From NCBI GenBank assembly GCA_010909165.1, contig VJWM01000019.1, forward strand, positions 1,116,001 to 1,180,000: DNA of 64,000 nt, written 5' to 3'. Every line of letters starts with the position of its first letter. The stretch's first letter is position 1. The notes under the pieces are model-generated. The model was not told the origin of the DNA. It saw only the letters and a list, made by a program, of their open reading frames with translations, and did not search any database. Origin of the DNA: Anthoceros angustus (taxonomy: Eukaryota > Plantae > Anthocerotophyta). Shown here piece after piece: positions 34,700-47,049 of this stretch. Both the position numbers and the translations under genes were made by a program.

Positions 34700-34912
34700 C
34701 GCAACTATTCGGGATGTGATGACATTTGGTAAGTATTCCTGTTGTGGTCTTGATTAGTAAAGCACGTTCAGCCTGGGAAACAAAGTGTATGCTTACCTCG
34801 GTAGGTGCCGAGTTTGGCCTGCTCAAATGTTACGGTGAGGAACGTCATGCAACGTTGCCGAGTCAGGAGGAACCGATGAGGTTGTGTCCCTCCGGCAACG
34901 AGAAGCAAGAAG
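34700..34912 (+). pseudogene. Inverted fragment of the neighbouring PHD-finger gene (exon-intron-exon piece fused to a later exon)
   Basis: Matches the reverse complement of ~44325-44465 (GGTAAGTATTCCTGTTG..., LLK.Y.EER), followed directly by LPSQEE.M.LCPS.NEKQE from ~43990-44050. Confidence 0.8.
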
Positions 34913-36249
34913 TTCACAGACTTCACACTCGGCCTTGCTCCTAACACATGTTCTCAGCCATCTTTCGGGACGCCATACACCAGTCGAACAATCGTTGGAG
35001 CATACAGTCTAGAATTGCCATACGCATGGCCAGCGCACTAAGCTGTGCCTACACCACTTGCGTAGTAGTACTAACCACAGGCCTTCAGACAGCTTTCAGA
35101 TCCACAATACCGTCATGGACATGCCCACAATCCTCCTACGTAGGCTTCGGGAGCAGATTGTCTCTCCAACTCGTAGGTGAGCTTGGCTGTGTCTTACACA
35201 CTACATTCATAAAATCAGTCAGTCAGGGTGTCGAACTTGACAGGTGTACAATGCATCCCTGTATATCGCACCCTGCTCCCTCACTCCTGCTCATGCTTAA
35301 TCTCGCCTCTGCGATGAGCAACTGGGACAGCCTACATAGTTGTTGGTTCGGCCTCATCACAGAATCATCGAAGTTGTATATGTTCGGCCACGTCATTACA
35401 GCCATTTCCACTTTGCGTACCTCCGGCCTCACCTGGTGAGGTGAGAGAGCTAAGCAGGAGCAAGATGACTGATCGTCGTTCTCCTTGCCCCGGATCCACC
35501 TACGGCTTACGACTTCCTGTTGCAGAGAGAATTCAAATTAATGCTCACAGCTCTCAATAGCGGACGGCTCGAAATTCATCATTCTCACCAATTGCTCCAA
35601 GTCATGTTTGCTCTCGAGCTCCCATAATACCGACAGGCAGCCTGAGTTAATCAGGGCAGTAATCGACGCGCTCATATTCTCTGCTGTACATGAAATCACA
35701 CTTTTACACTCAAACAAACGCCTGCAGTATTCAATTTTTCTCGGTCCAGGAGATTGCAACGAGCAGAGGGCTCACAGGCAGCTAACTCAGATCTTCTTGG
35801 TTTTCGCATTAAGAAATGCACAGCTTTTCCAGCAGAATACTGGAGCACACTATCAGAAATGTAGCACACATTTTTCCTCCGGCCACCCTGAAAAGCCAGC
35901 CCTGACAAACCGATACGACGGCCTAGCAAAAGGCAGAGAACCGAATGAGAGCCGAATTACAAGCACTCCACAGCATAGACAGGCCAAAGGCACGCAGCAC
36001 CTTCAGGCCAAGTACTCCACAACACCGCCGAGCCAGAGGCATGCGGCACCTTCAGGCCGAGTTCGGCTCTGGCTTCGAAACATGCCTTCTAAGGCATGTT
36101 TCAGTTCGCCATATCTTGCATACCCAGATATCAGGGCATTCCATGTCATCACATCCTTTGTGGCCTTGCTGTCGAGTCACTGCGACGCAAAAGTGAAAAA
36201 CGACCGGAGGCCGAGGCCAGTGTATGAGTACTAGCAGTTTCCACTCTCT

Positions 36250-36550
36250 CACCGGGCCACTGTTGCAGGACTGCTTCCACCAAGCTGGAGATCGGGTCTT
36301 GGGATTCTGGATATTCAATTGGGACTTGGGATTCTGGATATTGCAATAGCCTGTCATGCTTCCTCAAATCAGGATCACCGAACACAGCCCACCTGTGGAC
36401 GCCGCACAAATGCGAACAACATCCAGAAAAACTACTTACTTGCAAGTTGTCAGCTTGATCCACAATAGTGCCGGCCGCCCACCATTTCGGTGTAGAGCCA
36501 GAGGCAGCTCGGTAGTGGGTGCCCGTCCAGTCCATCATCGGCGCCACAGT
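36250..36550 (-). pseudogene. DusA-type fragment, copy B
   Basis: VAPMMDWTGTHYR / WLYTEM / AAGTIVDQADNL / YPESQDPI..QLGGS across frameshifts. Confidence 0.8.
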
Positions 36551-37151
36551 GCACTGAAATCTAAGCTCTGTCACCTGAGCTCAGTGCTACATTTCCCATG
36601 CTCCACGAGATGCATGTTTCGGCGCTGGATCCCCTGAACCAATGAAAACTATACCATATACAGAGCCTGTTGTTTGAATTAAACCTTGCAAGCGTTAGAA
36701 TTTTTGTAGTCAGGAGAGCGCGCAGAGACAGTCGTGATATGATTCAAGCGGACTTCAACCACTCGAGCTCCTTGACAGCTGTTCGAGCATCAGACCCACT
36801 GTTTTGGCTCGTATCTTAGCTTAGCTTGCATCCTCCCGCAACTGGGCAGGAGTTGCAAGCTGCGAACGATTTCTTATTTTCTCACAACCTTCATCCTACG
36901 ATCGGGCGATGAAGCATCCGGGCACCAAAACGGACACGGGATAGAAAACCGTGATTGTGAAACACATCGAAAGCTTGGAGAAAGATAGAAAGGGCCCCTC
37001 TCTCCCTACGTCTGTATTAGTACGCCATAAAAGCCAGCATAGAAAACAGCAAAGAGTTTCAACACTACTCTTGGATGAGGGGCACAGAAGTTGTTGGAAC
37101 CTCGGAGAAGGACACAGGCTGTTCCACACCCGGACCCATGCATCAGACATA

Positions 37152-37787
37152 TCAGGAAGGGAAGCAAAAGCATGAGGTACCCCCTGGCTTCCCTTCCACA
37201 TCGCTATCAAGAGAATGCTGTTTCTTCCCGGGGCTGCTATGCTCAAAGGTGCTGACACATCTCGCACGCTTCTTATCTGTCATATTTCCAAACTCGGCAC
37301 CAGGTCCAGCGAAGGTGGAGGACCTGTCCGACGCCGCAGCTTCGCCAGAACGGATAGGGCAACGAGGATCATGTTCTTCTTCGTCGTAGTCTTGGTCTTC
37401 AGTCCTCGGAGGACGCACAAAGCGTCGGGAAGGCCGTCTCCTTGCGGCATGCACCGGTACCGGCTTAGCAACGGATGCAGTCGGCCAAGGGTACGGGGAA
37501 CTAGAACAGCTCTCCTCATCATCCTCCCTCCCAGAGTCTTCAATCTCTAGATCTCCAGCTAGCGCTTCATGGGGCTTTCCCTCCCCCTCCTTCACGAGAG
37601 GCGAAATCCAGCCCGTCAGAACGTCCCCGCTCACTTTGAGATCATCCAGCGTCTCATGACCAGCATGAAATCCGCCAAGGCGGAGAGGAAGGGAGACGAT
37701 CAGCTTCCCCTTATCTGGCTGCATGGACAGCTCCAAGCCCGACTCCAGACTGGGGCTCGAATTCACCCATGAATACGTTCGCGCCAT
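37152..37787 (-). CDS. Orphan family protein, copy 3 (211 aa)
   Basis: Open frame MARTYSWVNSSPSLESGLELS...SLPLRLGGFHAGHETLDDLKVS. Confidence 0.55.
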   Translation of the reverse strand: MARTYSWVNSSPSLESGLELSMQPDKGKLIVSLPLRLGGFHAGHETLDDLKVSGDVLTGWISPLVKEGEGKPHEALAGDLEIEDSGREDDEESCSSSPYPWPTASVAKPVPVHAARRRPSRRFVRPPRTEDQDYDEEEHDPRCPIRSGEAAASDRSSTFAGPGAEFGNMTDKKRARCVSTFEHSSPGKKQHSLDSDVEGKPGGTSCFCFPS

Positions 37788-37959
37788 GCCGAAAGAAGCG
37801 CCCGACAATACCGCTGCTCCAACCTGGATGCCTGGATCAGAAACCCACAACCACCGCCCAGACCACGAGGAAAGTCGGATTATTCTTAATTAGGGCATAA
37901 ACAAATCGGAACATACCTAGTCGATCGCCCGAGAGCTCCAAGAGGAAAGCAACTCTCCA

Positions 37960-38225
37960 TTCGGGATGTGATGGCATCAGTCAGAGGTAAGTATTGTTGT
38001 GGTCTCGATGACACTGGGCATAAACAAATCGGAACATACCTAGTCGATCGCCCGAGAGCTCCAAGAGGAAAGCAACTCTCTATTTGGGATGTGATTGGCA
38101 TCAGGTAAGTATTGTTGTGGTCTCGATGTCACTGGGAAACGAAGCGTGTGCTTACCTCGCTAGGTGCCGATTTTGTTCTGCTCAAAATATTTCTGTGAGG
38201 AACTCGGACAGCGAGAAGCAAGAAG
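37960..38225 (+). pseudogene. Second, more deleted copy of the PHD-gene fragment, overlapping a local ~125-bp duplication (37893-38135)
   Basis: GATGTGATGGCATCAG..GGTAAGTATTGTTGTGG-like block twice, then TTTTGTTCTGCTCAAA..GTGAGGAAC..GAGAAGCAAGAA. Confidence 0.7.
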
Positions 38226-39069
38226 TTCACCGGCTCCACACTCAGCCTTGCTTCTAACACGTGCTCTCAGCCATCTCTCGGGACGCCATACACAAGTCGA
38301 TCAACTGTCGGACCATATAGTCTAGAACTGCCATACTCATGGCTAGAGCATGCACCACGCTGTGCCTTTACCACTTGCGTAGTAGTACCAACCACATGCT
38401 TTCAGACAGCTTTCAGATCCACAATTCCGTCTTGGACACGCCCCCAGTCCTCCTGTGTAGGCTTCAGGAGCAGATTGTCTCTCCAACTCGGAGCTGAGCT
38501 TGAGCGCTGTTTTTTACAAATCGGTCAGTCAGGGTCTCGAACTTGACTAGGTGTACAACATATCGCAACCTGCTCCCTCACTCCTGCCCATGCTTAATCT
38601 CGCCTCTGCGATCAGCAACTGGGACAGCCTACATTGCTGTATGTTCGGCCTCATCACTGAATCATCGAAGTTGTATGTTCGGACTCGTCGTTACAGCCAT
38701 TTCCACTTTACGTACCTCCTGGCTTACGCTGCCATCACTGTACATTCCTCTCTCTGGCACATGCCGGCAGCTTACCACATACCCTGTAGGTATGTGGTAT
38801 ACAGGGTATGTGGTAAGCTGTAGGTATGGGGCAAACTGCCCTTCATACAGCTCCTACTGGACCTGGTCATTTGAGATGAACGGCCGGAACAGGAAAGTTG
38901 GCTCTTGAGTGTGCCTGTTTCTCACCTTGCTAGAGAGAACCGAACACAGCCATGACAAGCACTCCACAGCATTGACAGGCCAAAGGCATGCAGCACCTTC
39001 AAGCCAAAGGCATGCATGCGGCACCTTCAAGCCGAAGGCATGTTTCAGTTCACCACATTCTTTCAGTTG

Positions 39070-39870
39070 GCCACATGTTGTACATGTCCACCAGGCAGAT
39101 GCCCACCTTTACGTTATCCAGCAGTCCTCTTTCAACAATTAGTTCAACAATCTGTAAGGCACCAGTTCTTGCACTGGCATTCCGAAGCCAAACAGAAGTA
39201 ACACGATCAGCCAAAATGAGGCCATCCTATTCTGTTCATAACTTCTGTCAAACTTAATGCGGAGACGTTGCAGGCAGCCAACCCTTTGGGCTCACTACTT
39301 TGGTCATATGCTGTCCTGGTCCACATGTATCCGACTACGATCTACTTTGGAATTGCAGTCCGTGGCATTATAGCACTGCACAATGCTAGGTCCATGTCCA
39401 AATGATCTCCTTTGGACAATTATACAGCACTGCACTATGCTAGGTTAAGCACATGCATCCAAATCGGAATAAAGACAAGAACATCCGCAATCTAACACTA
39501 ATTTGGCTCGCATACAAGTCAGATTGATCACTGTCTTACCATGGCTCATGGATCCTTTTCCATTCAACGGAACAAAAGCCAAGCTTATAAATGCCGAGTT
39601 CATGCACTAAGTACCACCTCCACCACAAAGTGGCAACACCAATCGTATAGCACATGCAGAGAGGCCTTGTGCTCTCGAGAGAAGCCCCAATCTTTGAGCT
39701 GTTGCTCGTAGAATACCCAACAATGAGGGCAAACTTGTCACCACATCCCTTGGTGCCATGTTATCAAAAACCTCGCATGCATCCTCTAGTTCAACACATT
39801 CACCATACATGTCCACCAGGCATGTCCCCACCACTACGTCCTCTAGCGGTCCCCTTTCAACAATGAGTGA
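39070..39870 (-). pseudogene. Two isolated PLS-class PPR motif fragments (~39070-39160 and ~39740-39865)
   Basis: IVERGLLDNVKVGICLVDMY and VGTCLVDMYGECVELEDACEVFDNMAPRDVVT match the PLS-PPR consensus. No long ORF. Confidence 0.75.
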
Positions 39871-39944
39871 AGCTAAGCCCCACCACTACGCCCTCTAGCG
39901 GTCCCCTTTCAACAATCACTGAGTGTAGCTAAGCCCCACCACTA

Positions 39945-40228
39945 CCGTACCGAGGGATGATTTGGCATTAATTAATTAAAATTCAAAAATTATTACACTT
40001 AAAATCCTAAATATGTAAAAATTTATGAGTTTAAGATACCAAAAACAAGGAAACTAGGGTTTATGTGGAAATTTAGGGCGTGTATAGAGGAGGTCTATAT
40101 ATATCCATTAGTTCTATATGGATACCTAATATTTTAATAAATATTAAAATTTGATTTAAAATTATATAAATAATTTTATAAAATAATTATTTCGGCATTA
40201 TCCTGTTGAACCACCCCTCGGGATACGG
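39945..40228. mobile_element. MITE, Tc1/mariner-type (TA TSD)
   Basis: TA|CCGTACCGAGGG ... CCCCTCGGGATACGG|TA imperfect terminal inverted repeats around an AT-rich core. Confidence 0.7.
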
Positions 40229-41130
40229 TAGTTCATCTACCTATGCATATTTGGAACTATCCTTCCAAGTAAGTAATCTTTTGCTCTAAGAATTATATAT
40301 GATTACACCTAGTCATACGTTTAGTTCTTTGCTCTAAGAATTGCAGGGATCACATCTTACCTTACTTTTATAGTTCACAACCTCCTCTAAGAATTTTATA
40401 GATTATATTTAGTTATACTTTTAGCTCTTTGTTTTATATGTGCTCATATCTAAGCATACTTTTAGTCGAAGAATGGATAATGCATACTTTTAATCATACT
40501 TTTACTAACATCCTTGAGGGAATATACCGGTGCAGGCTTCCTTTTTTGTATTTTTTGGACCTTCCACGTGCTAGAGTCGAAGGTTGAAGGAGGAGAAGCA
40601 TGCGGACGAGAGCACACACCAAGCAATTGTTGGAAGGGTTCTGCCACTTTCTCTCGTCCGGTCAGCATTGCCACGAGGGAAGAATGCACTGCGGTGCGTT
40701 TCCTTGGCGGTAGTGGCCACGGGGCTCCGGAATTGGAAGTCAGTCGAACAGGCTGGTAGAAAGGAAAGGAAAGGAAACGAAAGGAAACGAAAGGAAGGGA
40801 AAGGAAACAAGAAACAGACAGTACGGTTGAGCCATGTTCGGTGTCCTGCTCTGCACTCCAGAGCACCGGCATGTGCAGCCTGGATTCCTCCAATTTCACC
40901 TTGGTGGGTCCAGAACCAGAAGCCCAGCCGAGCCCACTCCTTGCAACCGTGAAGTTGCCTCACGCCTGCTGCGCCATAAGATGCATGGCAAGCAGCTGGG
41001 TTCCCGAGCCGACCCGGGATGTGGATATATGTGACGGCTCCGGCTCCGGCTCCAGGTCCAGCTCCAGTTCCAGTCCCGGCTCCCGTCCACATGGGCCCGG
41101 CCTCGGAGTCGCTGAAACGCGATTGCCGCA

Positions 41131-42744
41131 ATGGCGTCCCAGGGGAGCGGGCGGAGGCAGGAGGGAGCGGGCCAGCGCAAATTGGGCAAGTCTCGGTGGA
41201 GTCTGAGGCACCGGGTGCTGGGATTTGTGGGCTTGGGGGTGTCGATTCTTCTCGTCCGGATCGCGCTGTGGCTGGCCGGCGCCGGCGCCGGCGCGCTGGC
41301 TGCTGATTCCCGGCTCTTGATGCCCGTCTTGCATGGGCAGGCCCGGAGGGCGAGCCTGAAGGAGGAGGCGGAGATGGGCGTGGGACGTCTCACGCCCCCC
41401 TCTAGAACGGCGGATGCGAACATGAGCGTGGAGAGCCGAGGTGGGATTGGGATTTGGTGGGTTGTTGTGTTTCTTGGTGGAATTCTTGGGAAGGATTGTT
41501 GGGAAGTTTTTTCTCTGGGATTGAGGGGTGCTGGTGTTTGTGGGCGATTGAAGGGGTTGTGGAGGAAGAGGTTCCCGGGGGGAGCATCGACGGAGAGCCG
41601 TACCACCACCCGCAGGTGCTGCGCCGGGACTATGAGGAGATGGTGAAGACGCTCAAGATCTTCGTCTACCCGGTGAAGGAGGATGAGCCGTACAGGGACA
41701 TTCTGGAGCCGGTGGAGGAGGAGCCCACCGGGAACTACGCCAGCGAGAGCTACTTCAAGAAGCTGCTGCTCAAGAGCGACTTCGTCACTACAGATCCCCG
41801 GGAAGCGCATCTCTTCTTCATGCCCTTCTCCATAGCCAGGATGAGGCATGACCGGCGGATCGGAGTGGACGGGATCCAGGATTTTGTGAGGGATTATGTG
41901 GAGGGCATCAGGCAGGAATGGCCGTTCTGGAATCGGACAGGGGGTGCAGACCACTTCTACCTGGCCTGCCATTCCGTGGCCAGAGATGCCATGAAGAAGG
42001 CGATGGACGTGAGGGCCCATGCCATCCAGCTGGTTTGCTCCTCCAGCTACTACTTGCAGGGGTTTGTTCCCCATAAGGATGCCTCTGTGCCCCAGATCTG
42101 GCCCAGGAAGGACGGGGCGCCGGGTGCCGAGTCGGAAGAGCAGAGGTGCATGTTGTTTGCATGCGCTGCAAAGCCTTGGATGATACTGCATGCGATTTCG
42201 AGTGTGATCATGGTCATGGGCGGTGCTTGATGTTATGTCATGTCATGTCGTGTGCAGGAAGGTTCTTGCGTTCTTTGCTGGAGCAGGGAACTCGCCTGTG
42301 CGAGCGGCTCTTGTCAAGAGATGGAAGAATGACGAGGAGGTGAAGGTGTATCGGCATAGAATACGCAGTCCCTATAACCAAGCCCTTCTCACAAGCAAGT
42401 TCTGCCTGCATGTCAAGGGCTTTGAAGTGAACACAGCTCGGGTCGCCGACGCCATCTACTACGGCTGTGTTCCAGTGATCATAGCCAACCACTATGATCT
42501 TCCTTTCAACGACATTTTAGATTGGGCCAAGTTCTCTGTGGTAGTTACCACTGCAGACGTTCCCTTCCTCAAGCAAATCCTCAAGGACATTGGGGGGGAA
42601 CAGTACCGCAAATTGCACAAAAACGTGATCAAAGTGAAGAAGCATTTCATCTGGCATGAGACGTCTCAACCATATGATGCGTTTCATATGCTCATGTACG
42701 AGCTATGGTTAAGACGATATGTGCTGAGGTATACAGTGTTTTGA
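41131..42744 (+). CDS. Exostosin-family glycosyltransferase (GT47), 3 exons (41131-41440, 41554-42145, 42258-42744)
   Basis: N-terminal TM anchor; GNYASESYF, AHLFFMPFS, WNRTGGADHFYLACH, SKFCLHVKGFEVNTARVADAIYYGCVPVII, YDAFHMLMYELWLRR. Introns in phase. Confidence 0.93.
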
Positions 42745-43091
42745 ATGTATCTACAACTCCTGCTTGCACGGCGCATCTCATGTGTATTCTTGTCCACAGT
42801 ACTCATCTAAATTCTGCCCTGAACCCACACTTCGAATGTCATCTTGTCGAAAGCAGTCTTGTCAGAGCATGACGGCTCAGCTCCCCCGTCATAAATTATA
42901 ACTTTTTCACTGACCAGTTCCAAAATTTCAGCGCCTACTAAGGTATGGTACACCTCTGTTCCTCTGTCAGCGTCATCAAGGGAGAAGAAATTTCCAGCCT
43001 GAAGGAATCTAGATACCTTTCACCGGTTTCAGAAACTCCAACATAGAGCGATTGGATTCTAGTATACAGCAGCTCGCACCTCGTTCCAAGC

Positions 43092-46000
43092 TCAAGAACC
43101 CCTGGAGCCCGAAAGCAGTCGGACTTTGTCGATGCCATACCTAAGTACTTGTGATACACCATCGTCGAAGAGCACCGTGAATTGAGACTTTTGTGGAGAT
43201 ACCCCAGCCACCGTGCCCCTGTACCTGCGCACAGCACATTCCAGCCCGACGCAAACACTTACTGACATAGAAAGACTAAGCCACTCTTATAATTGGATTC
43301 AGCTTTGGAGCTGCAAAACAACTCTGCTTCGTCAGTCGGACACTTACCATGTATCATTGCTTGGCCAATACACCTCAATTTTCTTGCTGATAGCGTCCCT
43401 GCCAAGCCTCTCTAGGATCCAGCAATCATCTCCCACGGACCTTTCCTTTGCTCCATGATGGCGATGGCTGCGCACGTCTCTGTCTTTCGACGTTGTTTCC
43501 ACCTTTTCGGCTTTTTCAGTACTACCTGTTTCCCGTCGTTTCCTTTTCGATCTCTGACCCCTTACTGCAGCCCTATCATCCTCGTCCAATGTGTCTACGT
43601 CTCTATCTTCAAAAAACTCTTTGCCGCTGTCACTTAACATAACCCCACCCATAGTCGCGCTATACTTTTTTGACTTGTGCTTGAGCAAGGGGGTGCTGCC
43701 CCATTGCTGAGGACTTCCAGGATCATCTGTTTGCGCAGGACTAGACAGAGCCCCATCCACAGGTTTGCCCCTCTGCCCCGAGCTATCTGTCATATCAGTA
43801 TTCACACTAAGCATCTTAACCTTTGGCAACTTGAGTTTGAAGGTTAGCTCCCGCTTTGGCTCGGCTGCACCATCTTCAGCATCTGCCTCAGAATGCTTCC
43901 TGGATGACTTTGATGACCTTGACTTTGACCTTGATTTTGATTTCTTGGACGGCTTCTTCAGGGTTTCCTGTGTCCTTTCAGGAGGAGGTTCCTGCTTCTC
44001 GTTGTCTGAGGGACACAACGTCATCAGTTCCTCCTGACTCGGCAGCCTTGCCGCAGCTTTTGCCTCTGCAATCTTTGATACATCAGCCTTATCCCTTCTC
44101 CTCCACAGCTCCCGCACAGCATCATCTGTATCCTTAATCTGCACAGCATGTGACAAAGGTTAATAAAGGAGCTGGACGAAAATACCAGTCGGCTCATTTA
44201 AAAGCCGATCAGTTGAGAACGGCTCAGTCAATGAATTCGCATCGCACTAGAATTCACCTTATGAATTTCACCCCGACATGCTGGACAGTTGTATCGTAGG
44301 TTGCCATCATGTTGAAACATCTCATAGCGTTCCTCACTGTACCATTTGAGCAGGACAAAATTAGCACCCACTGAGGCAGGCACAAGCTTAATTCCCCACT
44401 CTGGACATGCTTTACTTATCACGATCGCAACAGGAATACTTACCTGATGCCATCACAGCCGATATGCACCCAGTGCTCACATTTGTCGCAGCACACCATC
44501 GGCAAGGGTTCGGTATCCCTATAAACCTGCGCAACAATGTAGTGGCAAGTTAGAAGTGGCCAACCTGGCTTGGACAATCTCCATGGTGCAAGCACAGGGT
44601 AGCTTGATCACACTGTATACCTTCAGACAAACGGGGCAGTAGTTTTGCTTCACAAATAAGCGCCCACATGCATCACAGAAGATGTAGTTCAAAAACCACC
44701 TGCAACCACAATTATCAGATCCCACGCTAAGAGAGTGTTCAACAACAGGGCCAACTGTTAGGGTTACATAGAAGCTGAAGCACATATGAAATGGGTCGTG
44801 CTATACCTTGAACTGATGCCACTCCCTGGAACATTGGAATTGCAGCTGTGACACTGCGTGTGATTTGGACAAAGAAAAGGTCCTTTCACAACATGCTGCA
44901 AGCCGAAGGCCAGATGTTAGAAGCAGCTCCAGAAGCACCGAATCATCTACTGACACCTATTTGCGACTGTGAAAGAAGGCTTACCTTTAAAGGAGGTTGC
45001 TGACAATGAGTATGGTAGGCTCCATCGCACCTCTTGCAAAACATCAACTTATTGGGATCACCGGTGACTTTGCAAACCTGCAGTTGCCAGCCTAAGAAAT
45101 CAATAACAATCCAGAGCACATCTAACTTTCCGTGATGCCATCAGCACAGGTACAAACAAACACCTCAAGTGCCCTGCAAAAGAGGGTCTGAACCTGACCT
45201 CACAACTTCTGCAGGCAGCACAAACCCAGGAAGCCCAGTTGAACAAATCTGCCCAGTCAGAACAACATCAACGAAATCAGTCTCGACTGAAACAACGTAC
45301 ACAACGAGCTTCCAAGGACATCAAATTATTACTTTCCAAGGAAATATACCTCGGTCGTCTGCCCACTGTTTGAGACAATTTCTGTGGAATTTTCTGGAGC
45401 ATGATGAGCAGCTCATCATTCTCTCTGCATGCCTGGAGCCCAAGGTCTCACCAGACATACATATCTCACAAACAGTTTGAGCACCCCGAAGGCTGGGCCC
45501 ACTCGAAAGATCTTTGACATCTGCGGTAAAAGGCATCCCCTCAGCCTTCAACAGAGCCTCAGCATCCGCAACCTGCACTCACAGAGACAAAGCATCAGAA
45601 CCGAAACAGTCTCCACAACCAGCACAAGCTCCACTACCCAGAAGCCTCTCCCTGACCACAAACACCCACTCTCTGCTCCACATCCAGCGTCCAGAACAAC
45701 CTAATTCCAACACCCTCCGCCTCAACATCACAGCTGGGAACAAGCCTCTCACCTGCCGAGCAGCCTCAAGCCGGGCCGCATCTGCAGCCTTCTTAGCATG
45801 CTCAGCCTTGACAGCAGCCTCGGCAGCAGCAATATTCGCCACGGCCACCTTCCTCCGCATGACAGCAGTGTCCGCCACCCTGGCGGCCTCCCCCTCAGCA
45901 ACCCCATCTCCAACCCCCGGCTGCTCCCCACTAAACCCCTCCTTCCCACTCCCAACCCCCTCCTTCCTCTCCTGCTCCCTCCTAATCCTCGGCACCAAAA

Positions 46001-46318
46001 CCTCCACCTCCTCGTGCCCCCCCGCCCGCAGGAAGTGCGGATTCCTCAGCAGCTTCTGCAACTCCAAGGCATTCTCCACAAACTCCCTCCTCCCTCCCTC
46101 CGCTCGCACTGCCGCAGGCGCCCCCAGCAGGCAGTAGCAAATCTTCCGGCTGCACAGCAAAGCAAAGCAAAGCAACGCCCAGCACGGCACGCACAGAGGT
46201 GATCAGCCAGATCGCACAACCCAGAATGCAGCATTCGCGCACGGAATTGGGCAGAAGGCAGCAAGGCAGAGGCATTCGGAGGCGCACCAGGTGAGGGGCA
46301 CGCGATGTGGAAGGCCAT
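43092..46318 (-). CDS. Multi-PHD-finger protein with C-terminal Tudor-like domain (At3g08020-like), multi-exon; apparent 1-nt frameshift in exon 1
   Basis: MAFHIACP, RKICYC.LG, CEIC...CSSCSRKFHRNC, CDACGRLFVKQNYCPVCLKVY, WVHIGCDGIS, YNCPACRG, WILERLGRDAISKKIEVYW, YRGTV..FDDG. Confidence 0.88.
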
Positions 46319-47049
46319 GGGCGGGCGGCGGGCGAGGCCCAGGCGGGGCCGGGCCGGGCCAGCCAGGCCCGGCCCGCGCCGCGGCCGCAGGCCCGGAATT
46401 TTGCAGCAGACGACACCCGCCTAAGCTGGCTCCCGAAGGGGAAGGGGGAGACGCTCGAACAAGGTGGCGGGGGCAGCCATCGGATCGAACTTGGCTGCTC
46501 CCGGCTAATTTGAACGCCGCGCTCGCAAGGCCATAAAAGACGCTCGAACAAGGTGGCGGGGCGAGCAACCGGATCAAACGCGGTCTCGGATTGCGATTTT
46601 CACCTCCCTTGCTAATTGTCTGTCAACACCACACGCCAACAACAACGTCCAGCCTCTTCCTCAACTTCGCCACCCAAACCTACATCATACATAGTCTATC
46701 TATCGCGTCCCTGTAAGACTATGTACTAGACCGCGGTACAGTCCCTACCCGCCTCGGGCCTCCTCCTCTTTTCTTTCTTCCCTTTCTTCCCTTTCTGGGA
46801 AGCCTCGCTTTATCTGGCTCTCCGTGTAACTGCGCTTCCCACGGCCCGTTACGTTAACGGGCCCACGCACGGCCGCGCTGCGTCGCACGCCTCTCGCGCT
46901 TCGTCTCTCGTCTGCGCGCGCTGTCTCCCTTCCGGGCTCGATCGTGGATGCCCGGCCTGCGGCCGCGCATGCGGCGTGTGAAGGATTTGGAACGATGCGA
47001 TGGAGCAGGCGGAGCGCGCGGGGAGTTCGATTGGGAGCTGGATTGGCCC

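Larger units (their letters stand above)
32730..39070. repeat. Tandem segmental duplication of a ~3.0-3.4 kb mosaic cassette (unit A ~32730-36150, unit B ~36170-39070)
   Basis: Collinear matches 32833/36193, 33190/36525, 33590/36820, 33690-33920/36900-37125, the orphan ORFs, 34640-35430/37893-38730 and 35935-36110/38933-39055. Confidence 0.9.

Noticed and set aside
40896-42191. 431-aa minus-strand ORF
   Set aside because: Antisense shadow of the GC-rich exostosin gene.
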